From Octopus vulgaris (lineage: Eukaryota): a DNA stretch of 64,000 bases. This document shows, piece by piece, positions 1 through 10,438 of the stretch; position 1 is the stretch's first letter; every line of letters starts with the position of its first letter. The stretch spans positions 99,386,001 through 99,450,000 of the forward strand of contig OX597821.1 of assembly GCA_951406725.2 (NCBI GenBank), given 5' to 3'. The position numbers and the translations under genes are program-made. The notes under the pieces were generated by a model that was given only the letters and a program-made list of their open reading frames with translations, was not told the DNA's origin and ran no database searches.

Positions 1-245
1 GCAATTAACGCCATACCATCCAAACATGGTCGATGTCAGTGCACCCTGACTAGCTCTCATGCCAGTGGCACGTAAACAGCATCTACTACACTCTCGGAGT
101 GGTTGGCATTAGGAAAGGCATCCAGCTGTAGAAACCTTGCCAGATCAGATTGGAGCCCGGTGCAGCCTACTGGCTCACCAGTCCTCAGTCAAACCATCCA
201 ACCCATGCCAGCATGGAAAGCGGACATTAAATGGTGATGATGAAA
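1..245 (+). mobile_element. RTE-clade LINE 3' end (5'-truncated)
   Basis: Family tail ggtggcacgtaaa...ggttggcattaggaaaggcatccagctgtagaaac...catgccagcatggaaagcggacattaaa(tga)n; the same tail follows RTE ORF sequence at 30559 and 39730. Confidence 0.8.
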
Positions 246-595
246 GTAGCTGCTTTCACATCACAATCATCCGTAAATCATCACCATCATTCAATGTCCA
301 CCCTCCATGGGTTGGATGGTTTGAAAGGAGCTCACTTGGCAGAAGACTGCACTATGCTTTGCTGTTTGTTTTGGCATGGTTTTTACGGCTGGACGCCCTT
401 CCTAGCACCAACCACTCCACTCCACTCCACAGTGGACTGAGTGCTTTTTACATGACATCAGCACAGGTGAGGTCAGTTTTGGTATGGCTTTTCTTTTTTT
501 TACAAGTGGATGCCCTTCCAAACTCCAACCACTTTACAGTGTGGACTGGATGGTTTTTATGTGGAACTAGCGCTGGCAAGGTCACTAAGTAATTT

Positions 596-835
596 ACGGG
601 CATTTGGTGTAGTGGTTAAGAGCACGGGCTACTAACCTCAAGATTCTGAGTTCGATTCCAAGCAGTGACCTGAAGAAGAAGAACAACAACAACATTGAAA
701 AATACCTAAGGAATGAGAACCCAGGTTCGAAATGTCCCCAAGACACCTGATGAAGGCTGGAGAGTATATCAGGTGAAATGTTGTGTTAACAACAAACAAG
801 ATGAGGACAAATATCTGTCGAATGTAAATAAGGTG
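596..835 (+). mobile_element. tRNA-headed short element with hammerhead-like motif
   Basis: Pol III A box TGGTGTAGTGG (605-615), B box GAGTTCGATTC (648-658), (AAG/AAC)n linker, then CTGATGA...GAAA motif at 743-786. Confidence 0.6.
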
Positions 836-1031
836 TCTTGCTGTAGAAGAGTTAACCTATTTTTGTCTTTGTAATGCTTCATATTTTCTTTGATATAGAA
901 ACTTTAAACAGTATGGTGTTTACTGATATCTTGTTGTGAATTATATCTTTTCTTAGTGTCAGATTTTTAAAAATACTTTCACTCAATACCTAAATTATTT
1001 ATTAAATTTTTCTTCTTTTTTTTTGTTTTAG

Positions 1032-1091
1032 CTGATTGTAGTTGCTGCAATGTTTAAACTATCTCCTCAGTATTTGTGTTCATACGATCAG
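1032..1091 (+). CDS. EIF2B2: eIF2B subunit beta, internal coding exon (third from last; gene begins upstream of window)
   Basis: Long polypyrimidine tract + TAG acceptor ending at 1031; CAG|GTGTGT donor; 60 nt, phase 0/0. Encodes LIVVAAMFKLSPQYLCSYDQ, matching the eIF2B-beta motif LIVCAPMFKLSPQ (recalled) and splicing in frame to the next exon. Confidence 0.92.
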
Positions 1092-1131
1092 GTGTGTATT
1101 ATATGCTTCTTTGAATACTTTATTCATAGTA

Positions 1132-1697
1132 TTGGGTTGTCCGGAAAGTTCGTGCCAATTTTTAAAGGAAAGAAAAAGGTCAATAAATACTTGCCGTTAC
1201 ATTTTTAATCAACCAAATATGAACCATTTTGTATCACAATGCATCTCCATCTTTCCTTTTACTTGAAAATACCCACTTCCCAGAATTGAGGGGGTTTCAT
1301 TGCAAAGAATTCATCAAGGTATCTTTTTACGTCGTCCAAGGAATTGAAATTTTTACCGTTAAGACTATTCTGCGGAGACCTGAATAAGTGGGAATCCGAA
1401 GGAGCAATATCTGGTGAATATGGAGGGTGGGATAACACATCCCAGCCGAGCTGCAGCAATTTTTGTCTGGTTCCCAAAGCATCAAGTGCCGAAAATGAAC
1501 TTTCTTATTTTTCAATTTAAAGGGTTACAGAATTAACACCGGTTATAGGAACATAAATCGTCTTCCAGGAAAAGATAGCTTAAACTGTACTCTAAATGGA
1601 GGTGTAGTCAAATCATATTTTCTGGATTCAACCATGTTCTAAAATAAGTTGAAAGGTAAGCTACTATAAATTGGCATGAACTTTCCGGACAACCCAA
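1132..1697 (-). mobile_element. Internally deleted mariner (Tc1/mariner) element
   Basis: TIRs TTGGGTTGTCCGGAAAGTTC with TA TSDs (1130-31, 1698-99). N-terminal (KVHFRHLMLW) and C-terminal (WDVLSHPPYSPDIAPSD.HLFRS) transposase remnants are fused. Confidence 0.95.
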
Positions 1698-2995
1698 TAC
1701 ATACTTTTCCATATACAGTGTCATTTGAATAAGTGTTTGAAAATAATTGCTATGTAATCTCTGTCTGTCTGTCTTTCTGTATCTCATCTTTAAACAGTTG
1801 TCATTATCATCATTTAACGCCTGTTTTCCGTGCTGGCATGGATTGGACAGTTTGACAGGAGCTGATAAGCTGAAAGGTTGTTCAGGCGCTGTGTCTGTTT
1901 TGGCATGGTTTCTACAGCTGGATGCCTTTGCTACTGCCAGCTATGTTACAGAGTGTATTGGATGCTTTTACACAGCACCGTCATGGGTGCTTTTTATATG
2001 GCACCAGCACTTATGAGCCTGTGAAGTTAGGGATGCAGGGGACGAGCCTCTATGCAAGGGAAACCACAATTTTACTTAGCTTGACGTGACTTTTCAAGCA
2101 CAGCAAACTGCCAGGGTTCTCGGTCCTTTGTCGTCCCCTCTGTAAATTCCAACATCTGTAGATTTTTATGTCTTTTTTTTTTCCTCCCATAAGGCAGAAT
2201 TTTTGTGAGTCTAAGTGGGAGTTTGCACTCAATTGATTTGATCCTGTTGTATTACTGGATTTAGTTTGATCAATAGTAGGAATATGAAAAGTGAAGTTGA
2301 TTCTGTTTAGATGATTAAATAATATTAGGAATTATATTCATTTATTCTATTACTTGTTTCAGTCATTAGATTGTGGCCATGCTGGAGCACTGCCTTGAAG
2401 TATTTTTAGTTGAATGAATCGACCCAAGTACTTATTTTCTTTTTCAAAACCCGATTCTTATTCTGTCTGTCTCTTTTGCTGAACCACTAAGTTTCAGGAT
2501 GTCCTTCCTGCTGCTAATCCTTACCTGCCTTTCTAATAAGGGATATTTTATTCCACGTATCTTTGGAAACACGAAGCTGGTGGCTGCTTCTTTAACAGAG
2601 GAACTGACAGCAACATAATTGCTTGTAAAGCTCAAATGTAAACAAACATACACACACATACATGCTCACAGAAGTTTATTTCCCAACCATATGGTTTGGG
2701 GTTCAACCCCATTGCAGGACACTTTGCTGTCTTCTACTAAAACATAGAGTCAACCAAAATCTTGTGAATGAATTCAGTAGACAAAACCAAAAAGAAGACT
2801 CATGTATTTATATACTTTTGTAGAAGACATTTGCCCAAGGTGTCCTGCAGCAGGATTGAACTCAAAACAATACGGTTGGGAAGCAAACTTCTTAACCACA
2901 TAGCTCTATCTCTGCCTTTGTTATTTTTACACTACATTGTCTTGTTCTTTTGAAAATGCAATCCATTCTCTGAATAAATCCTTCTTTGCTTTCAG

Positions 2996-3132
2996 GATGC
3001 TTTCAATCGTTTCGTGAGTCCCAATGATGTTGTAAAATTCTCTGAGAGTGCCATTGTATCTAAAGTACAGATCTGCAATCCTGTCTTTGACTATGTTCCC
3101 CCAGAACTTGTTACCTTGTTTATTTCTAACAT
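2996..3132 (+). CDS. EIF2B2: eIF2B subunit beta, penultimate coding exon
   Basis: cttctttgctttcag acceptor; AT|GTAAGT donor; 137 nt. Encodes [45 protein letters not shown](I); [17 protein letters not shown] is the eIF2B-beta C-terminal signature. Confidence 0.96.
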
Positions 3133-3271
3133 GTAAGTTTATTATCATTGTCTTCATCATTATTTTTCCTCCTTTACTGCTGTATGGTATATATATACTT
3201 TTTCTCTTTGTTTTATTGTATACTGTGTATACTTTCTACATTATTTTATTTATTAAATATATATACTATCA

Positions 3272-3677
3272 ATAATAATAAAGGGTAAAATTAATTAATC
3301 AATTAATAATTATTAATTATTAACTATTAATAATTCTACCAAGTAGTTTCGGCATGTTAAAAGAACCATTAAACTTAAACAACAATTTTTATATAATTAT
3401 GAGTATAATTATAATTAGGGTTCAGCAATAAATTTACTTCACCACATACCAAAAATTTAGAAATAGCAGTCCAAACACCTAGCTATTTCTCTACAATAAG
3501 AGAATCTCCCAGATAACATACACTCAATATACTGAGTATATGTTATCTGGGAGATTCTCTTATGGTAGAGAAATAGCTAGGTGTCTGACTGCTATTTCTA
3601 AATTTTTGGTATGTGGTGAAGTAAATTTATTGCTGAACCCTAATTATAATTATACTCATAATTATATAAAAATTGTT
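3272..3677. repeat. Near-perfect palindrome (arms about 146 nt, 3381-3526 / 3533-3677), probable inverted retroelement end in a (TA)n tract
   Basis: Arms are directly readable as reverse complements with few mismatches; centre at 3529/3530. Confidence 0.85.
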
Positions 3678-3711
3678 ATATATGTGTATATATATATATA
3701 TATATATTTTT

Positions 3712-4110
3712 TTTTACTCTTTTACTTGTTTCAGTCATTTGACTGCGACCATGCTGGAGCACTGCCTTTAGTTGAGCAAATCAACCCCAGGTCTTATTCT
3801 TTGTAAGCCTAGTACTTATTCTATCGGTCACTTTTGCCGAACTGCTAAGTTATGGGGACATAAACACACCAGCTTCGGTTGTCAAGCGATGTTGTGGGGA
3901 CAAACACAGACACACATACATACATACATACATATATATATATATATACACAACGGGCTTCTTCCAGTTTCCGTCTGCTAAATCTACGCACAAGGCTTTG
4001 GTCAGCCCAAGGTTATAGTAGAAGACACCTGCCCAAAGTACCATGCAGTGGGACTGAACCTGGAACCATGTGATTGGTAAGCAAGCTACTTACCTCACAG
4101 CCACTCCTGT
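3712..4110 (-). mobile_element. tRNA-derived SINE family A (CORE-like; tail TAAAAGAG)
   Basis: Consensus head aggagtggctgtgtggtaag...ggttcagtcccactg, CORE-like ccttgggcaagtgtctt, internal (TA/TG)n, tail ggcggtgctccagcatggccgcagtcaaatgactgaaacaag. Many copies in the window. Confidence 0.88.
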
Positions 4111-4302
4111 ATATATATTATATAAATATAACCTCATTCTGTGTAAATCCCCACACTTTATCTCTGTTTTTCTATTGTCCACTTCATTTGTTGCCCTTGA
4201 AGAAATCATCATCAATGTTTGATATTACTTTTGAGAACATTTTGTATTTTAAAAAATTTTTTTAATGTAAACTGATCCTTTATTGTGTTCTTCTATTTCC
4301 AG

Positions 4303-4387
4303 AGGTGGAAATGCACCCTCCTATGTATACCGGTTACTGAGTGAACTATACCACACAGAAGACAATGATTTAGATAAAGTGTTTTAA
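4303..4387 (+). CDS. EIF2B2: eIF2B subunit beta, terminal coding exon
   Basis: ttctatttccag acceptor; phase 2 completes ATA (Ile). Encodes GGNAPSYVYRLLSELYHTEDNDLDKVF* with TAA at 4385-4387, matching the known GGNAPSYIYRLMSELYH end. Confidence 0.96.
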
Positions 4388-4450
4388 CTTTATCCTCCCC
4401 CCATCCTACAAACACATCTACACGTTTTTTTTTATTTTTACATCTGTTAA

Positions 4451-4530
4451 ATTAAAATCATTAAATTTACATTTCCTACATTAAAAGAAATAACAGCTTT
4501 GTTTTATATTGTTTTTGATTTCGTTTGAGA
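4451..4530 (+). terminator. Candidate EIF2B2 polyadenylation region
   Basis: ATTAAA at 4451, 4460 and 4480, followed by a GT/T-rich tract (about 4498-4530) downstream of the stop codon. Confidence 0.5.
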
Positions 4531-4689
4531 ACACCAAGGTGTTTTGATTTTCATTTTGTTTCCTTTTACCCTCTAGCATTTAAAGCAGTCATATCTAGCC
4601 CAGTTAGTCTTCCTGTTTAATATTCAAACCAACCAGATCTTTACTTCTCGCACAAATCCTACAATATCATTCTGAAAATAAACGATCAC

Positions 4690-5043
4690 ATCATCATCAT
4701 CATTTAACGTTTGTTTTCCATGCTAGCATGGGTTGGACAGTTCGACCGGGGTCTGCACCAGGATCCAGTCTGATCTGGCTGTGTTTCTACAGCTGGATGC
4801 CCTTCCTAACGCCAACCACTCCGTGAGTGTAGTGGTTGCTTTTTACGTGCCACCAGCACGGAAGCCAATTATTGAAATTTTGAAGCTTCAGGATAATGCA
4901 TAATTGATTAGGAAGGGCATCCAGCTGTAGAAACACTGCCAGATCTGACTGGCCTGGTGCAGCCTTCGGGCTCCCCAGACCCCAGTTGAACCGTCCAACC
5001 CATGCTAGCATGGAAAGCGGACGTTAAACGATAATGATGATGA
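4690..5043. mobile_element. Two inverted RTE 3'-end fragments (4690-4863 on -, 4908-5043 on +)
   Basis: Same family tail in opposite orientations, with the (TGA)n/(TCA)n ends pointing outward. Confidence 0.8.
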
Positions 5044-5080
5044 TTCAAAACAATGTTAATAAATAAGCATTGTGTACCAA

Positions 5081-6003
5081 TCACAAACTGTGGAGGGAAC
5101 CTGCGGAAGATGTAGATCCAGGAAGACATGGAACAAAGTGGTGAAACATGATCTTCAAACATTGGGCCTCATGAAGTGACTAAGACCTTTGGTGATATGC
5201 CATACTTGCAAAGACCTGTCAAGCCAAGTGAAATTGTAGTCGTGGCCGATGCTGGTGGCACATAAAAAGCACCCTTCAAACGTTGGGCCTCGTGGAGGTG
5301 ATAAGTGAGTGAGGTCTTTGGCAATTTGCTTTGCTTGAGAAAATGACAAGTGACTGAGACCTTTGGAGATATGCTGTACTTGAGAAAACCCATCAAACCA
5401 AGTGAAATCATGGTCATGGCTGATGTCAGTGTCACGTAACAAATAACTGTGCTGATGCATGTAAAAACGTTGGGCCTCATGGAGGTGATAAGGGACCGAG
5501 ACTTTTGGCGATATGTTGTGCTTGAGAAGACCTGTCAAGTCGAGTGAAATCAGTTGAGGCTGATGCCGGTGTCCTGTAACTTGCATAAGGTGGCGAGCTG
5601 GCAGAAACGTTAGCACGTTGGGCGAAATGCTTAGCAGTATTTCGTCTGTTGTTACATTCTGAGTTCAAATTCTGCCGAGGTCGACTTTGCCTTTCATCCT
5701 TTCGGGGTCGATAAATAAAGTACCAGTTACGCACTGGGGACGATGTAATCGACTTAATACCTATGTCTGTCCTTGTTTTTCCCCTCTATGTTTAGCCCCT
5801 TGTGGGTAATAAAGAAATAGGTGTCCTGTAACTTGCATGTAAAAAGCACCCATTACACTCTTGGGGTGGTTGGCATTAGGAAGGGCATCCAGCTGTAGAA
5901 TCCATGCAAAATCAGATTGGAACCTGATGCAACTCTCTGGCTTACCAGTTTCAGTCAAACCGTCCAACCCATGCCAGCATGGAAAGTAGACACTAGATGA
6001 TGG
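5081..6003 (+). mobile_element. RTE LINE 3' fragment with tandemly repeated ORF-end/3'UTR units, interrupted by a SINE
   Basis: Decayed VEGTCGR.R.RKTW.KVVKHDLQTLGL, then several repeats of cgttgggcctc...gagacctttgg...caagtgaaat, then the family tail. Confidence 0.75.
5587..5819 (+). mobile_element. tRNA-derived SINE family B (Meta-domain-like) with 19-bp TSD
   Basis: Head aaggtggcgagctggcagaaacg, central gtcgactttgcctttcatcctttcggggtcgataaa...gtaccag; TSD ggtgtcctgtaacttgcat at 5568-5586 and 5820-5838. Confidence 0.9.
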
Positions 6004-6746
6004 TGCATGTGACACACATGTGAATGCAAAAAGGTTTAAGCTTTTTTGTTTCTTATGTAGTTATGACACTGAACTTGCTTGATCAAGCATCTTCACAAGT
6101 AAACTGTATGTTGCAATGTACTGTATTTGATGCATATAAGATTCACTTTTTCCTCCCAAGAATATCCCCAAAATGTAGGTGCATGTGTAGTTGAATGTTT
6201 CCCAATCACATGATTATAGGTTCAGTCCCATTGCACAGCACCTTGGGCAAGTGTCTTCTAAAGTCTTCGACTATACATAGAAGCTGATCATATGTGTGTG
6301 TGTCTTTGTGTCTGTTTTTGACCCCCCACTCCCACCCAACATTGCTTGACAACTGGTGTTAGTGTGTTTACATCCCTGTAACTTAGTGTTTTAAGCTCAA
6401 CAGACTGATAGAATAAGTACCAGGCTTAAAAAAAATAAGTGCTTGGGTTAATTTGTTTGACTATAAATATTCTTCAAGGTGTTGCCCCAGCATGGTCATA
6501 GTCTAATGACTGAAACAAGTAAATGGTAAAAGATACAAGATAAAATCACTATGGAGCCTGTATGTGAAGTTTGGCTCTCCATAGGCTTTAATGCTCTAAA
6601 AAAATGGTTAACCTCTTTCTAGAAGTAACAATGGGTTTGCATAGGGCCAACACCCCTACCAAGAAAAAAAGCAAAGTTGCAGAATCATCAATGACAATTC
6701 AAAACCGACAAGGCTTAGGAGAGGAAGCTCTTCCTTCATGGATACA

Positions 6747-7093
6747 TGTGAAGGTACATGGCTCAGTGGTTAGAACATCAGGCTCATAATCATGAGGTGG
6801 TGGGTTCAATTCCTGGACTGGGTTGTGTGTTGTGTTCTTGAGCAAGGCACTTTATTTCACGTTGCTCCAGTTTGGTCATCTGTAGAAATGAGTTGCAATG
6901 TCACTGGTGCCAAGCTGTTTCAGCATTTGTCTTTCCCTTAGAACATCAGTGGCATGGAGTGAGGAGACTGGTATGCATGGGCAACCACTGGTCTTCCATA
7001 AACAAATTTGCCTGGACTTGTGCCTTGGAGGGCAACTTTCTAGGTGCAATCCCATGGTCATTCATGACTAAAGGGGTCTTTACCCTTTACCTA
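6747..7093 (+). mobile_element. tRNA-derived SINE (family C-related)
   Basis: A box tggctcagtgg, B box gggttcaattcc, gttcttgagcaaggcactttatttcac body, (CTTTACC)n tail. Confidence 0.75.
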
Positions 7094-7930
7094 TGAACCC
7101 ATAAGGGGAGCGGAAGATTGGACATAACTGGAGGCAGGTACAGAGGCAAAACTGAAAAAGTTGTGGTGAAAGGGTACAGCAGAGTACACCACCACCTGCT
7201 GCAGGAAGCTTGTGGAGCTTTAGGTGTTTTCGCTCAATAAACACTCACAATGCTTGGTCTGAGAATTGAAACGGCAAGTCCACTGGGCCATTACACCACA
7301 GACACAGGTGTAGATGCGCAGAGAAAACACTGATAAACGTATTTGGAAGACACTGACTTCTACTATTCCTGCTGCTACAACTATTACATTTCTTTCAATT
7401 CTTGTCAACCATTGACTTTACTGATATATATATATATATATATATACATAGTGAGCTGGCAGAAATGTTCGCATGGTGGGCGAAATGCTTAGCGGTTTTT
7501 CTTCTGTCTTTACATTCTGAGTTAAAATTCCCTCGAGGTCAACTTTACCTTTCATCCTTTGAGGTCAATAAATTAAGTACCAGTTGCATTTTGGGCTCAG
7601 TCAAATCTACTGGCCCCTCCCCCAAAATTTCAGGCCTTGTGCCTAGAGTAGAAAAGAATATATATAGATAAGCATAGACATAGCTGTGTGGTTCAAAAGC
7701 TTTATAACTAAATGGTTTCAGGAACATTCTCACTGTGTGACACCTTGGGCAAGTGTCTCCTATTATAGCCCTGGAGTAACCAATGTCTTATGGGTGAATT
7801 TGGTAGATGGAAACTGTATTGAATCCTGTCGTATATATATATAGTGTAATAAATAAAATATATGCAAACAAACAAACATATATGTACGTACCTACATCTA
7901 CATGTATATATACATGCATATATAAATATA

Positions 7931-8155
7931 TATACGTGAGTACAGGACACCACAACTAGACGTAGAACTCAATGAGAAACGAAAACGGAAAAACAAGCAT
8001 GGAACAAACCATTTTTTACAACAGAAAAACAGAGTACAGGACAAACTACACAAGGAAAAATCCCCTTCATCAGCTGTCTCTAGTTCAACTCTGGCGTCTT
8101 TCGAAGGTAAGACAGAACACGACTCGTTAAACTAGTCCTTCCTGCGAGAGAATTA
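7931..8155 (-). mobile_element. Short repeat in (TA)n carrying GAAA...CTGATGA motif (possibly Penelope-derived)
   Basis: Flanked by TA microsatellite; CpG-retaining; minus strand reads cttcGAAAgacgcc...gacagCTGATGAagggg. Confidence 0.4.
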
Positions 8156-9391
8156 TATATATATACACATATATACATAAAATTGCTGTCTTCTACATAT
8201 ACAGGCTTGTTCTTTCAGGTGCTGGTGCCACATAAAAAGCATCTGTGCCAATGCTGCATTAGTGCACCCATGCTGGTGGCATGTAAGAAACACCCAGCCC
8301 ACTCTGTTAAGTGGTTGGCATTAGGAAGGGCATCCAGCCATAGAAACCATGCTATAACAGACTATTGGAGTCTGGACAGATCCATGTCAAATCATCCAAC
8401 CCATGCCAGCATGGAAAGCAGACATTAACGGATGATGATGATATATGTATATTTGTGTCCCTCCTCCCATTTGACAACTGATGTTGGTTTGTTTATATCC
8501 TTGTGACTTTGTGGTTCAGCAAAAAATACCCATAGAATACGTACTAAACAAGTACTGGGGTCAATTTGTTCAGCTAAGCCCTTTGCAGTAGTGCCCCAGC
8601 ATGGCCACAGTCCAGTGAGTGAAGCAAGTAAAAGCAAAAAGATGTATGTGTCCTGGTATGGCCAAACCATTGGTTTGTCTGATGATTCTGCTCGTCTTTA
8701 ATGCTAGTATTAGGTGAAAAGTAAAAAATAAATAAATAAATAATGTTTGTGAAATGGTTCTCAAACTAATGGTATTTATATTTTGTTCCATGATAACTAT
8801 TCAAAATTGGAATAAGATATATTTATATGAAAGAAAAATTCGTAAAAATAGCATCAGGTTATTAAAAATTGATGAGTCAATATAATGAAGCTTTGTATAT
8901 TCATCTAGCAATGCAAGATAACCAGATAAAGCGGCAAGCTGGCAGAGACATTAGCACACCGGGTGAAATGCTTAGCAGTATTTCGTCTGTCTTTACGGTC
9001 TGAGTTCAAATTCCCTCAAGATCGACTTTACCTTTCATCCTTTCAGGGTTGATAAATTAAATACCAGTTACGCACTGGGATCGATCTAATCGACTGGCCC
9101 CCTCCCCCAAAATTTCGGGCCTTGTGCCAAGAGTAGAAAAGAATATAAGGTAACCAGATCTTATAAGAAGCATTCCATGATTTATTGAAACCATGCCCCT
9201 AGGCTTACATTATTTGATGGTTTTTATTATTATTAAGGCAGCTGGCTGGCAGAATTGTTTGCACACCGTTAAATGATGATGATGATGACAACTGTTTAAA
9301 GATGAGATACAGAAAGACAGACAGACAGAGATTACATAGCAATTATTTTCAAACACTTATTCAAATGACACAAAATATGGAAAAGTATGTA

Positions 9392-9950
9392 TTGGGTTAT
9401 CCGGAAAGTTCATGCCAATTTATAGTAGCTTACCTTTCGACTCATTTTAGAACATGGTTGAGTCCAGAAAATAGGAATTGACTATACCTCCATTTAGAGC
9501 ACAGTTTAAGCTATCTTTTCGTGCAAGAAGGTTTGTGTTCCTATAACCTGTGTTAATTCTGTAACCCTTTAAAATGGAAGATAAGAAAGTTCATTTTCGG
9601 CACTTGATGCTTTGGGAACCAGACGAAAATTACTGCAGCTCGGCTAGGATGTGTAACCCCACCCTTCATATTCACCAGATATTGCTCCTTCGGATTTTCA
9701 CTTATTCAGGTCTCTGCAGAATAGTCTTAATGGTAAAAATTTCAATTCCTTGGATGACGTAAAAAGATAGCTTGATGAATTATTTGCCATGAAAGTCCTT
9801 CAATTCTGGGAAGAGGGTATTTTCAAGCTAAAGGAAAGATGGAAATGCATTGTGCAATAAAATGGTTCATATTTGGTTGATTAAAAATGTAATGGCAATT
9901 GACCCTTTTCTGTCCTTTAAAAACCGGCACAAATTTTCCGGACAACCCAA
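9392..9950 (+). mobile_element. Internally deleted mariner, same family and same deletion junction as 1132-1697
   Basis: TIRs ttgggttatccggaaagttc / aattttccggacaacccaa with TA TSDs; MEDKKVHFRHLMLW start; ctttgggaaccagac junction. Confidence 0.95.
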
Positions 9951-10210
9951 TACCTACTTTATTTACTGTGGAGGCACATAGCCTGGTGGTTAGGGTGTTG
10001 CACTTACAATCCTGAGATTGTGATTTCAACTCCCACACTGGGCAGTGCATTGTGTTTTTTAGTGAAACACCTCGTTTCACATTGCTCTGGTTCACTCAAC
10101 TGTATATGAGTTCCAGCAATAGTTGGTAAGTTAATCCTGCAATGGATCTGAACCCCATCAATTGGAAATATTATAATCTCAGTATAATCTTATACACCAA
10201 GGAGAGCAGA

Positions 10211-10438
10211 TTAACTTTTTTGCATTTAAACCAGCAATATCTGGCTCAAATATTCTACTTGATTTATGTTCAAACTGGCCAGCTCTGGCCTCTCAAACTT
10301 ACCCTACAATGTCATTCTAAAAATAAACAATTACATTCTTGTAATCTCAGAGATAAGAGATAAAGCAGGATTAATTGAAAATAATGTGAATGTATAAGCA
10401 TTGCATTTGATACAGTAATCTGAATGCCAATGGGTTAA
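10211..10438 (-). mobile_element. TTAA-target (piggyBac-like) MITE, about 230 bp family
   Basis: ttaac...gggttaa ends. Same family at about 13716-14360, 23760-23986, 25660-26209, 34502-34717, 51686-51884, 55948-56165 and 56628-56852. Confidence 0.7.

Noticed and set aside
137-592. 151-aa ORF, and the recurring LQLDALPNANH / [10 protein letters not shown] ORFs
   Set aside because: These are translations of RTE tails and SINE consensus that recur throughout the window.
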